DNA of 64,000 nt, taken from Camelus dromedarius. Taxonomy: Eukaryota. A program made the position numbers and the translations under genes. Each line of letters starts with the position of its first letter. Position 1 is the stretch's first letter. Where the stretch lies: positions 43,092,001 through 43,156,000 of the forward strand of contig NC_087447.1 in NCBI RefSeq assembly GCF_036321535.1, given 5' to 3'. Below the pieces are notes generated by a model. That model had not been told where the DNA came from, searched no databases, and saw only the letters and a list, made by a program, of their open reading frames with translations. Of the stretch, positions 1 through 12,292 are shown in pieces.

Positions 1-799
1 TTCAGCCAGAGACACCCAATGTTGGGGAGGCACAGGGTGCAGGAAAGCAAAGAGAGAGACTCGATGTGTAGACTTTCCGAAGAGGACCTCTGTGTCCACG
101 CGAAAATGGACACGTCACAAGCCAGACTTGGTTGAGAGAGAGAAGGTTTTCTAAGTTCCTAAAGCTCCATTTAAACAACAAAGTCGAGCCTGGGGGACTC
201 AGATCTAGAGTTTTTCTCTAAGCCGCAGCAGGAGGAGGATGGAGGGTGTTGCACAGTGGGAGTTCCCCTCCCAGCTGAGGAGGTAGAGGGGTGGACAGCA
301 CTGAAACGGTGAGCAGGGAGCGAGGCAAGGGTCAGCTGTTGTAGCCTTGGTTTTTCCCAGTGTGGAAAAACCACAGGGGTTGGGGGCCTCCCAGTGAAGG
401 GGTGTCTCCTCTCCTGTCCACAGCAGCCTAGACTGTGGACAAGGCCAGCTCGTTCATGGGGCCCCCAGCTCTATAGGGGCCAGGACTGGATAGTACAACC
501 CTGGCAATGGTTTCGAAACAGCTGAGGAAGGTATCCAGGTGGCTGAACCAAAGGGCAGCCTCACAGGACTTCCCGCACTCTGTCGGGGCTAGGGGTGGGA
601 GGTGGAGAAAGCACATTCGAGTTCCTAGCCCGCAGAGAGGGTGCTGGGGGAGTGATGATGGATTCAGGTAGGTCCGGGGTCGGTCAGGTGCTGGAGGCTG
701 TGGAACCAGGATTTTGTTGGTGGTAATTTATGCTGTTTGCCAAGTGTTCTGGCTTCTCTCCGCTTCCTGGCCTGGGGCAGGACTGAGATCCTGGCTCTG

Positions 800-1113
800 T
801 GGTGGGACCACATGACTAGTGGCTGGTCAAAGCATCATGAGCAGAAGTGACACATGCCACTTCCAGGACAGGCACTCGACCACGGAAGTGAAAGCCCCAT
901 AGCACCTCCTTCCCTCTGCTGCCTCATTCGCAAGGTCCTGGATGGTGGCTGCTCCGTCAGCCTGGATCCTGGAGGGAGGACAGTGATGACCAGCTTGGAG
1001 CCCATGGCTGACTCCTGAAGCCCCTGTGTGAGAAGTAAACCTTTGTTGTACATCCCTGAGGTTTGAGGACTGTTTGTTGTTGTCACAGCATAACCTAGTT
1101 TGTACTGGCTGAC
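800..1113 (+). mobile_element. Old ERVL-MaLR solo LTR fragment (MLT1J/K/L-like)
   Basis: Diagnostic MLT1 segments 'agcagaagtgacacatgccacttccagg', 'gatggtggctgctccgtcagcctggatcc' and 3' end 'gtttgttgttgtcacagcataacctag...ctgaca'. Confidence 0.75.
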
Positions 1114-1919
1114 ATGGGCTTCATGACTAGAAACCAGGACAGAGCTCAGCTCAGCACCTCAGTGGACACCGGGAGCTGGTCACACTGTCTGAGACCAGTG
1201 AGAACCCAACAGGCAGCACGGGCCCCTGATGCCTTTCCCTGGGCCCCCCCGAGAGGTGCCAGCTACCCCTGCAGTCAGCTGCCACCTTTCAAAGAAGGGA
1301 GTAGCATGAAGATATAATGAAAGAGAAAACAGTCCTCAGAGTTTGAATTTGGAAAGACTGAGTATTTCTGCAAAAGATGTCAAGTTAGCCTGAAAGAGAC
1401 TGTTTTAAACTGGAAAAGGCTGAGCTGTCGTTAATTGATGAGTTAAAGGCCTTCCCTGACTCCTTTCCCAGTCATCAGTGGGAATACAAGCAAGGACCAA
1501 GAGGAGATGAATTATAGAAAATAAAGATCTAGGCTTTTGCACATATGAGTGGATAAATTCTGCAAGTTTGTGCCTGCCCACCTCAGTGACTCCAGAGCCT
1601 GGGCCCGAGTCTCCCTTGCTGTCCCCAGATAACTCATGTTCCCTAACATGCTGCCTCCGGGCAAGAAGGGGCTCTGAGTACCATGTGCTGGCCCAGAGTT
1701 GTGGCAGCAAGAGGAGAGCTGGGGTGGGAGGACATGTGGAGGCCATTTCATGTATCTGGTAAGTCCTTTGTTTTAGAAATAAAGAGACCAGGGGCAAGAC
1801 GAGGCATGTCCTCAAGGCCGTAGAGCCAGTACCAGCCACACGGGAGCCTTGAAGTGGGAGCAGGGGCCTCCGCCCACAGAAATTCTGCCCTCCTTCCTCT
1901 TTGATTCTGTCTCAGAGCA

Positions 1920-2090
1920 TCACCTCACCATCTGACACCAACACCTAGCCCAAACCTGGGTCACCCTTGACTCCTCCTCCTCCTCCGCATTCAGTCCCCA
2001 AGCCCTCTGACTTTGACCGCGTGCTAGGCTCTCCAGGCCTGTCTTCTCCCACCCTGCCCCATGCCCAGGAGGCTGATCGCCTGATCTGCC
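1920..2090 (+). mobile_element. L2 fragment
   Basis: 'aaacctgggtcacccttgactcctcctcctcc...cattcagtccccaagccct' resembles the L2 3' region. Confidence 0.5.
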
Positions 2091-2099
2091 TTCATGCAG

Positions 2100-2400
2100 T
2101 TGTTACCCTTCTCTGAGTTCCCCTTCCCACAGGGTCACCACAGGCGCACTGTGTCCCCCAGCTGAAGCGCCCCCCAGCTCCCCTCTTTCTGGGTCTATAT
2201 AGTGGCTCCCTCCCCATTTCCTTCCTGGCCTGGGGTGGTAATGGCTCCCCACCCATCCTAGCTCCAGGGTACAACACGATTCTTTAGAGCTTTCCTTAAC
2301 CCTGTTCACACCTGTGAACATAGTCCTTCAATTAAACTCTTCTCCTGGTGCTCAGTTTGAGCACCAGGTGCCATCTGCTTTCTGCCAGGATGTGCCTCAT
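2100..2400 (+). mobile_element. ERVL LTR fragment (LTR33-like)
   Basis: Ends in 'attaaactcttctc...gtttgag...gtgccatctgctttctgccagga', the typical LTR33 3' terminus. Confidence 0.6.
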
Positions 2401-2727
2401 AGAACCTCGGTGGAAGGATTTCTGTAAGGATGGAGATAATGGATATAAAGCACAAAGATCTAACACATAGGCCACAGTCGTCACTCAACAAGTAGAAGCT
2501 ATAATTAACTGTAACCTACTAAATACTGTTGAAGCATCATTTATCTCTGACCCCGTTGCCACTTTCCTAGGAGAGGCAGCCATTTTCTTTCTCCTGACCA
2601 TTTTAGTCGTCCTCCTTGATCTGCCTGCCTCCGGTCTCATCCCTTCCTCTTCCATCATTCTCACATCTCACCACCATGCTCCCTGCAGCACCTTGGCTCA
2701 GCCTGGCCCACAGCCCATCCCTGCCCA

Positions 2728-2728
<1 letters not shown>

Positions 2729-2780
<52 letters not shown>
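2729..2780. repeat. (CA)26 microsatellite
   Basis: Perfect CA dinucleotide run. Confidence 0.98.
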
Positions 2781-2784
<4 letters not shown>

Positions 2785-3704
2785 CTCTGGGTTGGGGACT
2801 ATGTCCTCAGCTCTCTGGGCTTCTCTGTGGTCATGGTCTCAAACCTCATGCTGTGGTTGAGTGCTTTTGGCCATGTCTCAGGCCAGACCATTAACTCCAT
2901 GAAGCTCGGAGTTCTATCTTTCAGCAATTCCTGCAGCAACCAGCACAGACCTAGGCCCACAACGAGTGCTCAAGACATAATTGTGGAAGGAAGGGAGATT
3001 AAAGTTTAATGGCATATTCTCTGGGCCAGACCCTGGGCACAATACCTTCTGTTTGCATAAGAGTTACTGGCCCTTAATAGTGCTAGTATAGACACGGTGT
3101 TTTATGACTTATATTCGCTATAACTTTCTAAATGGTGTTAAGATCACAAGGTTGGTATTGTCAACAGTTGGAATTTGGACTGGAGCAGGATAGTAGATTC
3201 TAAATTGGATTCTGCAGGGCCTCTTAGGGAAGCTCTGGAGATGCCTGGAGACTTGGGGCTCCAACCTTACCCTTCCCTGGGTCCAAACATGGTGGAGAAT
3301 AGAAATGGGAGAGTAGAGGGAACAGTCTTGGGACTGGCCATCCTTCTAGGGACTCTAAGCTGCTTTGGGGACTGTTGAATCCAACCAGGGAGCCTTTGCC
3401 AGGCAGCTCCAGAGACACATGGGAAATGTGAAAAGCCAGGGGCTGGGAGAGAGGGGTGGAGGCTGGAGAGGTGCCCAGGAAATGACCAGCTCTTACAGGA
3501 TGCTCCCAGTGATGCAGCTTGGCCCCAGGGGATGGGGATCAGAGCTCCCCACCTGTCCAGGTCATCAGCCAACTGTGAGATTTGATTCCACTCTCAGGCA
3601 AAGGACTAGGCAGTAAAGTAGACACAGGTCCCAGCACGCTTCTTTGCACCCTAGAGGGAAACAAAGCCTATTACTGACATCCAAACCTATGAGTCTCAAA
3701 TAAT

Positions 3705-3850
3705 GGTTACGACTCTGGAGCTAGATTGTTGAGGTTTCCATATCAGTTCCACACCTTACTAGCTGTGTGACCCTGGGCACGTTACTTAACCTATCTGTGC
3801 TTAGTCTTCTAATATGTGAAATGGGCCTATCTATCAAGGCCACTTTGTTG
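3705..3850 (+). mobile_element. MIR SINE
   Basis: MIR core 'cttactagctgtgtgaccctgggcacgttacttaacctatctgtgc'. Confidence 0.85.
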
Positions 3851-4294
3851 GAGTGACAGGGAGGCTGCCACTTTGGGTTCTAACTCCCAAGTCACTCTAC
3901 AGCCACCATTGCTCCTTTGGGTGAACTCTTATCTGGGGCCTTTTCTGTGCTCTCTGTCAGGGCTCTGCAGCCCACAGAAAATGATTGTATGTGGTCTAAA
4001 TTCAAGGCCTTTTCGCAGGATACTTCTTGGCTTCTGTGTAAATCTTGCGTGGCTGTGTGCCTCAGTGCTCCTGTCAGAAGTATCAGAAGTAGCTCTTGCC
4101 ACCACCCACCCCTGCACCACCTCACCCCTGCTCCATTACACTTTCCCTAACATGCACCTTGCTCCCTTGACCTTTCTGTGGCCCTTATTCTGCTCGTTGG
4201 ACTGGTACAACGAAAGTCAAGTCTTAGTAATAGTGATAAGAATATTTATCGAATGCTTACAGCGTGCCAAATCTATTACATCCATTGGAAGAAT

Positions 4295-4490
4295 GCCTAC
4301 TAGCTGTGTGACCTGGGGGAAGTAACCTAACCTCTCTGTGTTGCATTTTCCTGATCTGTAAAATGGGGAAATAATACCTACCTCATAGGTGTGTAGTGCA
4401 GATCAAATGAATGAGTAACAGTAAAGTGTTTTAGAGTAGTGCTTGGTACACAGCAAGTGTTCAAAAAAAATATTAGCTCTCATTATCAAG
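4295..4490 (+). mobile_element. MIR SINE, apparently flanked by pieces of an opposite-strand MIR (about 4225-4290 and 4495-4590)
   Basis: 'tactagctgtgtgacctgggggaagtaacctaacctctctgtg...ctgtaaaatgggga...tacctcatagg'. Confidence 0.85.
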
Positions 4491-6339
4491 TAATTTGATG
4501 ATTTAGGTGCTATTTATCGTGCCATTTTCCAGGCAGGGAAACAGTTTGTGAGAGGTGGTGTGACTTTCAGAAGCCACACAGTTGGTTAAAAGAGGGACAG
4601 GAGTGACTTCAGGACCTGCTCTCCTAACCCCCAACTGTTAAACTGCCTCCCCACCCAGGTGTCTCTGGACACATTCTCCTTGAATTTGGTCTTCTCTCGA
4701 GAGCTGCCTCCAGTTCCTCCAGCTGTTGCCCTCAGGTTGTTATTGTTGAGCAATTTATTGCTGCTTCTCCTATTAGCAGAAAGTGAGGCCACAGTCACTG
4801 AAATCCTGAAGGAAGCCAGTGGGCGGGGATGTGACTCTGGGCATGTGGGGGTATTGATCTGGTAGGCCAGGGGCAGAAGCAAAGAGGGTTTCAGGGAGAC
4901 CATGGGAGCAGTGTGGGAATGGCCCCCTTAGGTGCTCCAAGAGCTGCTTGGGACAGGATAGGGGCAGTAGAATGACCCAAAGAGGCAGCCTCCCTGTCAT
5001 GTGGGATCCCTGTCCTCCAACAAAGTGGCCTTGCTAGATAGAGGGGCCCAAGCCCTGTGACCCCCAAGAGGACCATAGATGGTGGGGTGCCTGGTCCTGA
5101 CTCCTCAGCTGCACACTGATGTCTAAGAGCCTGGGAAACAGCCCCCTGTGAGGTGTCCTGGGGTGAGGCCCACCTCTGCGCGCCTCCGTGTCCCTGACCG
5201 TGACCCGGAGGTTGTAGCTAGAAGTGCTCTTGGGGGCCCGCTCACTGCTGGGGCACTTCTGAGGGTGTTTCCCTTCACATGGGGCCAGGCGGATGTCGGG
5301 AGGCAGCCTGCACTTGAGGAGGGATTGGGCTCTGGAAATTGGAGACCTGGGTTCCAGCCCTGCTTTAGCTCTGACCTGCTTTGTTGTTGGGCCAAGTAGT
5401 CTCTCAGAGCTGGAGAAAAAGGGAAGAGGATCAGTGATCATGCTCAGGAGTCTCTCCAACTCTGGTATCCAGTAAGCTCTACTTTGCTCAGGGTCTGAAG
5501 ACAGACTGTGAGAAGCACCTAAGAGGGGTGCCTGGCTTCTCCACAGGATGGGTTCTCCATACTCCATCTCCGTGAACAAGGTTTATTGCACACCATCTCC
5601 TGGCAGGCACTGTTGCGGGCACTTGGATGCATTGGTGAACAAAAACAAAGACCCCTGGTAGAGACCATATTAGGCCGAGCACGTGTTTGGAGATGCTGAG
5701 TTATATGTGGAGGAAGGGACTTGATCTTCAAGGAAAGCAAGTTGGAATCCCTTTGTAAATCAAGGGGAGTCCCTTCATGAAAAAAGAACCCAGTTTTTAT
5801 CAACTCTGCTTAACAGGAAGCGATTAGAGCCTAGCCAGTTTCCAGGGCTGTTGGAGGTGCTCATTTGCATATGGATATACTATTTATAAATGCACTCCTA
5901 TTCATTAAAGTTTCCCCAAGGCCCTCAGCTGCTCAACAAGGTGCAGGCTGGCCCGTGTGCCTTCTGCGTGAAAAGCACACCCCCTGTGCCACACGCGGAT
6001 CTGCACAACCTCACCAGGGGCACGGAGCAGTGGTGGGGGTGGGGTCAGGGCCCGGCAGAGTGGGGAGAGCTGAGGTGAGGACAGTCTGGCCGAGGGATGG
6101 GGAGCCAGGAGGAGATGCTTGAGTACCAGGGCTGCACTGGGCTCCAGAGGGAAGTGTGAGCCTTCTCTCCCCAACCTGGTAACCAAATCGGGCTAGGGCC
6201 TCGCAGCACCCCCTGCAGAGAAATTCTGCACCGGTCCTTTGGGTTGTGCCCAGGTCAGCCTGGGAGGCCCCCACCCATGATAAGGGGCGGCAGTGCTTCT
6301 GAAGGTGCTTCGCTCTCCATCAAGGCCCTCCACCCGCTA

Positions 6340-6730
6340 AGCGCACATCTTTCTAATGGGATTAGGCTTCACACGGGTCAGGGAACAATTTATTATTCTG
6401 CTGGCTAGAGCCAAGTTTCTCTTTGAAAAATGGTTACTCCCGGAGTCGGCAATTACTTCAAAATAAATTTACCAAAGACAAAATTGTGCCTCTTGGGTCA
6501 GTAAACGACTTGCCTGTTTGGGGCTGGGGAGACAAGGTGTTTATTAAGGACCGCCTTTGTTTCTTGTGCAGGTTTTTCAGTTTGAATAATTGTCCAATTA
6601 AATATAATTTGGAAGTCAGTGCTAACCCAGTGCCTGGATTGCAGGAGGAAGGATCACTTGGAGGCGTGCATTAATAAATCCCTGGGAGCCCCATCGCTCC
6701 CCAAACCCCTCCTTTGGTTTAATTTTGAGA
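6340..6730. promoter_or_regulatory. Candidate conserved non-coding element (enhancer)
   Basis: Repeat-free AT-rich island in GC-rich flanks. Contains TAATGGGATTA (6354-6364), Sox-like AACAAT and CTTTGT, Fox-like TGTTTAT and several TAAT/ATTA cores. Conservation is inferred, not measured. Confidence 0.5.
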
Positions 6731-8644
6731 AATTCTTTCGCCTTCCCACGGCTGAGATGCCTCCTGTTTGGAAATGAGCTTCCTTCCCCCAGAGAATTCC
6801 TCGGCCTCGCTTGCTTCCATCTGTCTGTCTGCTTCTCTCCAGCAAGCAGAAGCATGGGGTTTCTCGGCGGGCCCGCTCCTTTATGGGCTTGTGGACATGT
6901 GGGTTCTTTCATTCATCCAGCCATTCATTCAACAAACACCCACTGAGAACTTACTCTGGGCCCTGCCCTGCACTGGAAAGGTGAAAAACCAGATGTTGTT
7001 CTGGCCCTCGAAGATGACTCAGCCCATTGAGAGAAAGGGACCCAAAAATGGGCCTGATTAGTGCAATGTGGCTAGTGCTGTGGGCTGCTCCCCCGGGGCC
7101 CTGGGGGCAGAGGACACCCCTTAGACACCCTGGTCGAAGGCTTACCTGGAGAAAGTAACAGCCAAGTGAGGCCTCGAAGGACAAGAGGGAGGAGAGAGGG
7201 TGCATCAGGAATGTGCAGAAACACAGAATGGGAGAGCACTGAGGGCAAGAGCCCTGGGTGCTTTGGTGTGGCCAGGTGCAGGGGTTTGGTAGGAAACAAG
7301 GCAGGAAACAGCTGGGGCTGGGATGCGATACTACCTTGAGCCTAGTGAAGGAACCTGGAGTTTATCTGCATTCAAGGAGGATGCCAGGCTAGGACCTAGT
7401 GAGTCCAGCAGGACACCTAGGGATTTAAGGAGGCATTGCTCTTAAAGGCTGAGCCTACACTTGCACAACCCAGAGGGCAAGTGCATTCTTAAATCTTGTA
7501 CCCTGGTCTGGGCTGTGGGGCAATGAAAGTTTTCCCAGAGGGAGATATAGGACCAGACTGTTTTAGGAAGATCATTGATGGCTGTGTGCTGGAACCCATC
7601 TTCCCAGCCCAATGCAGCCCAAGGGTCAGGGTCAGGGTTGGGGAGGCCAGTTAGGAAGTGACTACAAAGATCCTGGGGAGAGAAGGACACCTCAGTCAAG
7701 GTGAGGCTGGGAGAATGGGGGTGGGTCTGTGCTCAGGCCACCAGACAGTCAGGAACCACTGATGGGCCTCACTGGGAGAGTCCACAGACTTTCAAGAGAA
7801 GCAGGTCTCCCGGAGGCTGGGGATGAAGCTGCCACTTGCACAGCATCCAGATGAAATGTGGTGGAGATGGACACAGGGAGGCAGCTACGTTCCCTGCAGC
7901 TCAGTTCAGCCAGGAGGCTGGCAGCCTGGAGTTAGCATGGCCCCTGGGGTAGGAGGTCTTGGCTGGGCCTGGTCCAGGGTCAGGGTCAGTGATAGGGCCA
8001 AGCTCAGGGCTGAGCAGGTGACCAGGATTCTGTTTAGTGGATTCGAGCTGGTAGAAGGGGAGATCGTAGGGTCATGGGCCCTGAGTCAAAGACCCCTGGC
8101 CACCAGCCCCTCATTCCTACCCCTACCATGAAGAAAGTAATCAGTGCGAAGTCCCCTTGGGGGCTGAGGTCAGGTTTGGTGGCCTTTAGATGCTCGCAGC
8201 CTGACCACCTGGCCTTGTGGCTCACCTGGGGCCCAAGTTCAAAGGGGAATGAAGTAAGGATTGGGATGTGTCCCTCACAACAGCCCTCTGACCCCACCAG
8301 GACACTCTGGGCTTGGACCCAAGGCTGTACCCTGTCCTAGGCTCTCAACCCACCCTCCAGTCCAGTGTAGCCCAAAGATGTGAACTGACCTGGGAAGGTC
8401 AGTCTAGCTGATGAACTTGTCCTGCCTGCAGCCCCAGCACCTCCAGCTGGTGGTTTTGATTTTCCCCGGAATGAGCCAGAGGGACTCTGACCTTCAAAGA
8501 GGGCCTCAGGTTCTCTGGGTCACTCCTTCCATGTTGCAGATGGGGAGACTCAGGTCAGTAGATAGAAAGAGTCCCTCGGGGCCATATAGAGATGAACTGG
8601 AAAGCCAGGGCTAGCCCCAGAGCTTCCTGTGGCCAACCAGGGCG

Positions 8645-8925
8645 TCTGTAGTGGCTTATACACTACAGAAATGTATTTCTCACAGTCTAGAGGCTGAGAG
8701 TCCAAGATCAGGGGGCCAACTTGGCCAGGGTCCAGGAAAGGTCCTCTTCCCTGTTGTAGACTGTGACTTCTTGCTGTGTCTTCACAGGATGGAAAGGGCG
8801 AGGGAGCTCTGTGGGGCCTCTTGTATAATCACCTCCCAAAGCCTCTTCCTAATTACCTGGGGAATTATCTTGGGCATTAGAATTTCTGCACTTGAATTTT
8901 GGGGGTACACAAATATTCAGATATA
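8645..8925 (-). mobile_element. ERVL-MaLR solo LTR (MLT1A-like)
   Basis: 'acagaaatgtatttctcacagtctagaggctgagagtccaagatcagg...gaattttgggggtacacaaatattcag' is the reverse complement of MLT1A. Confidence 0.85.
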
Positions 8926-9399
8926 TATGTATTATAAAGTGTATGGTAATTATCATGCCCACTCACCAGCCTAGGAATGTAGTGAGGGAGACGGGCAGCA
9001 GCCCTGGGCCGCCCTCCGAAGAGGATCCATCCTCAGGGAATGGCTTGTGGAGGGCAGCTGAGGACTTGGAGCCCATCCCGGTCAGCTGGATCAGATGAGG
9101 TGAAATGCCCACACTCAGGAGCTGTCCCCAGTAGGAAGCTACAGATGGGCTCAGAGATGTGGTCACGGGCTTAGAAACTCTCTCTCCAGAAGCTAAAGCT
9201 GGGCCAGGCAGTGTCCAGGCCAAGCTGCAGGCCTAGGGGAGAATCTTTTTCTAGGAGCCTGAAGTAACTTCAAGTAGAGATGATGACGAAGTGAGGATCC
9301 GGTCCGGACATCCTGTGTGGTGGCCTTGGGAGGAGGCTGGCCACTGGCTCAGAAGGCAAGCTGCTGGCACTGGCTGGGCCCCTGCCCGGCCTGCATTGA

Positions 9400-9850
9400 G
9401 CAGTCATTTATAGAGCACCTTTGTATACTGAGCACTGTTCTATCTACACATCAGTGACACTGTAGTGAACCCAGGGGGCGAACGTCTCTGTTGGCATGGA
9501 GTTTAGATTTTAGTTGGGGGAGACAACCAACCAACACAAGCAAGTGAAACACAGAGCATGTGAGTTAGGTTAAGTGCTCTGCGGAAAAGTTAAGTTGGGA
9601 GGGAGCTGGAGCGCCTGCAGGGCTGGGGGTAATTTTAAATGGAATGACCTGAGACAGTTTCGCAGAGAAGTTGACTTGAGTGGAGACTTGAAGGATGTGA
9701 AGGAAAGAGGCTTGAGGATTTTTCTGGGCATGGGAGCAGCTGTGCTAAGACCCTGAGGTGGGAGTGTCTCTGGCCTGTTCAGCCAGGAGGTCAAGACTGG
9801 AACGGAGTGAGCAGAGGGGGTGGGAGTCACAGAGGACAAGCGGTAGGAGG
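9400..9850 (-). mobile_element. L2 3' fragment
   Basis: 'catttatagagcacctttgtatactgagcactgttct...gagtggagacttgaaggatgtgaagg...ggcctgttcagccaggagg'. Confidence 0.7.
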
Positions 9851-11589
9851 AGACACAGGAAATGAGAGAACAGGTGGAGGGCAGAGTGGGATGAGTTCCA
9901 GGGGCCTGGAGGTGTCCCCCCAGCCCGAGAAGGCTTGGCGAGGCCCCATCTGCTGGCTCCAGTCCCAGAGCCTCCCTGCAGGCCCCCAGTATCCCCCGTG
10001 GTTCCCCCAGGAAAGTGCTGCTCCAGGCCCTGCTGCTGAGTCCCGTGGGAAGGCACTTGGGAGCTGGTGAGGAGGGTGCAGCGGCCCCCGTGGTGCAGGG
10101 CCCCTCTGGCTGCCAGCCCCGTTCTTCCTCAGCCCCGTCGGGAAGGCAGGAGCGGGATTTGTCTGCCCATATTCACGGCTATGGAGGTGATCCAGGTTGA
10201 AAGAAAATCAATAAGATGTGTCCATTTATATGGCACAAAGGAAGAAAGGTCTGCAGACAGAAATAGGCCGGGATTCACACGCAGGTGACTTAATAAGACT
10301 TTTCCCCAGTTTGAAGAGGACGGTAATTTAGATTTGCCTTTGAACGTCTCTTTTTTTGTGTGCCTCAATAACTCTCAGGATCAGCCTGCTTAGGAAGCAA
10401 GGGAAAGGAGATTGGCCGCCTTCTTAGAAGACAAGCCCGTCTGGGAAGGCCGCTTGCTTGGAGAAGTTCAAACACCGGCCTTGAGAAAAGATGAAAGTGC
10501 CGCTTCAGCACATCCTCGGCCCATTGATCGTGACTGAGGCCTGGGCCCGGTGCACTTGGGCTGGAGCGAGACAATGAGAAAAAGGCCGGGCTGCCAGGAG
10601 GCCTCCTCTGAGCCATGGAGGTGCCGGAGATGCTCATTACCGGCACTGGGGCTTCGTGGCCCTGTGGGGGCAAGATGCAGCGAGGCCCTGCCTGCCGAGC
10701 ACAGGCCCCACGGGCTGCCACCCAGCCTTAGCCCAGGAAGCAGGCCAGCTCTGACCTCAGGCTGTGGCTTCCATGGCTTTTGGCAGGCCGGACTCAGGCC
10801 GCCTCTCTTGCTCAAGCTCAGAGCAAAGGGCAGAAGAAAACCTGAATAACCTGAAGGAAAGGGGGAAGGGCCGAGGCCAGGATCCTTGGGGCTCTTTGAG
10901 GGGAGGACACAGCACCAGCCATCTCTGAGGCTGGGTGCTGCTTGTCTAGGAACTGTGGGCAGGTCTGGGCTCCCTACTTTGTGCTACCAGAGTGGGCTCT
11001 CCTCCTCTGTTCACCCTTCAGGGATAGCTGGAGTCCGGCGGTTTTAGGAAGCTGGGTGGGTTCCAGCTGCAGAAAGAGGCCTCTGAGCAGATTTTCTGCC
11101 CCTCTTCCCAGACCCAGTTTAAGTGTCACCTCTCCCATCTCCCCATGAAAGATGAATAGCCCATCCTCAGTGCCCCTACAGTGCCTGTGCTTTCCCCACT
11201 GTGGGCCTTATCACTTGGTGCTGTCATTGTCCCTCCTCCAAACGTAGGCTCCTCAAGGTGAGCTGCCCCCAGTGCACCACACGGTGCCTGGCACAGAGAC
11301 CTGGAAATGTCTGCCATCTGGTGTGTCATTTGACCTTCTCGCACAGCTGGCAGGACAAGGGGACAGGGCCCATAGGAGCCCCACGTTCAGTGCAGTTCCT
11401 GATCCGCCCAAGTACACGTGTGGGGTAGGTAGCAGCAGACCCAGCACATGATGCCAGCCTCTTGCCCCAGCCCAGTGTCTTCTGCTTCAGTGCCCTGGGC
11501 CCCGTCAGGTTCCAACAGGGCCGCGGGAGGGCCAGAAGCTGGAGTAAGGGGACTTCATCCCAAAGCGTGGTTTGCATTTGACCCTGAGC

Positions 11590-11915
11590 AAGTCTTAGCT
11601 AGAACAGAACACCATAGACTGGGTGGCTTATAAACAACAGAAATTTATTTCTCACAGTTCTGGAGCCTGGAAGTCCAAGATCAGGGTGCCCACAAGATTG
11701 GGTTCTAGGGAGGGCCCTCTTCCGAGTTGCAGACTTCAGAGAGAGGAAGCAAGTGCTCTTGAGACTTTTATAAGGACACTAACCCTGTTCATGAGGGCTC
11801 CACCCTTGTGATCTCATCTAATCCTAATTACCTCCCAAAGGCACCACCTCCAAATACCATCACACTTGGGGTGGGCTTTCAACATATGAACTTCGAGAAG
11901 ACACGAACATTCATT
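11590..11915 (-). mobile_element. ERVL-MaLR solo LTR (MLT1A0-like)
   Basis: 'caccatagactgggtggcttataaacaacagaaatttatttctcacagttctggag...taattacctcccaaaggcaccacctccaaataccatcac...caacatatgaa'. Confidence 0.9.
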
Positions 11916-11979
11916 AGGTTGATAACAAAGTCCATTCCCCTCTTTCCCAGTTTCTTCATCTGGAGATGCACTGGGCTGG

Positions 11980-12292
11980 TCTCTGTGCTGTCCAGTTTGG
12001 TAGCCAGTAGCTGCTTATGGCCATGGAGCACTTGAAACAGGTCTTGTTGGAATGAGATGTGATGTCAGTATAAAATACACACTAGATTTCTAAGACTTAT
12101 TACAAAAAAAAAAATCTCATTAAGAATTTTATGTTGATTACATGTTGAAATGATAGTGTTCTGGGCTATATAAACCCAATAATAACATTGGGCTAAATAC
12201 AATATGCTGTAAAATTAATTTAATTTAATCTTTTCAATGTGACTACTAGACACTGAAAATTACCAATGTGGCTTGCAGTGTATTTCTCTGGT
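11980..12292. mobile_element. hAT-Charlie non-autonomous DNA transposon (MER33-like)
   Basis: 'ctgtgctgtccagtttggtagccagtagc...gagcacttgaaa...gtataaaatacacactagatttc...gattacatgttgaaatgata...tgtgactactaga...tgtggcttgca'. Confidence 0.85.
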
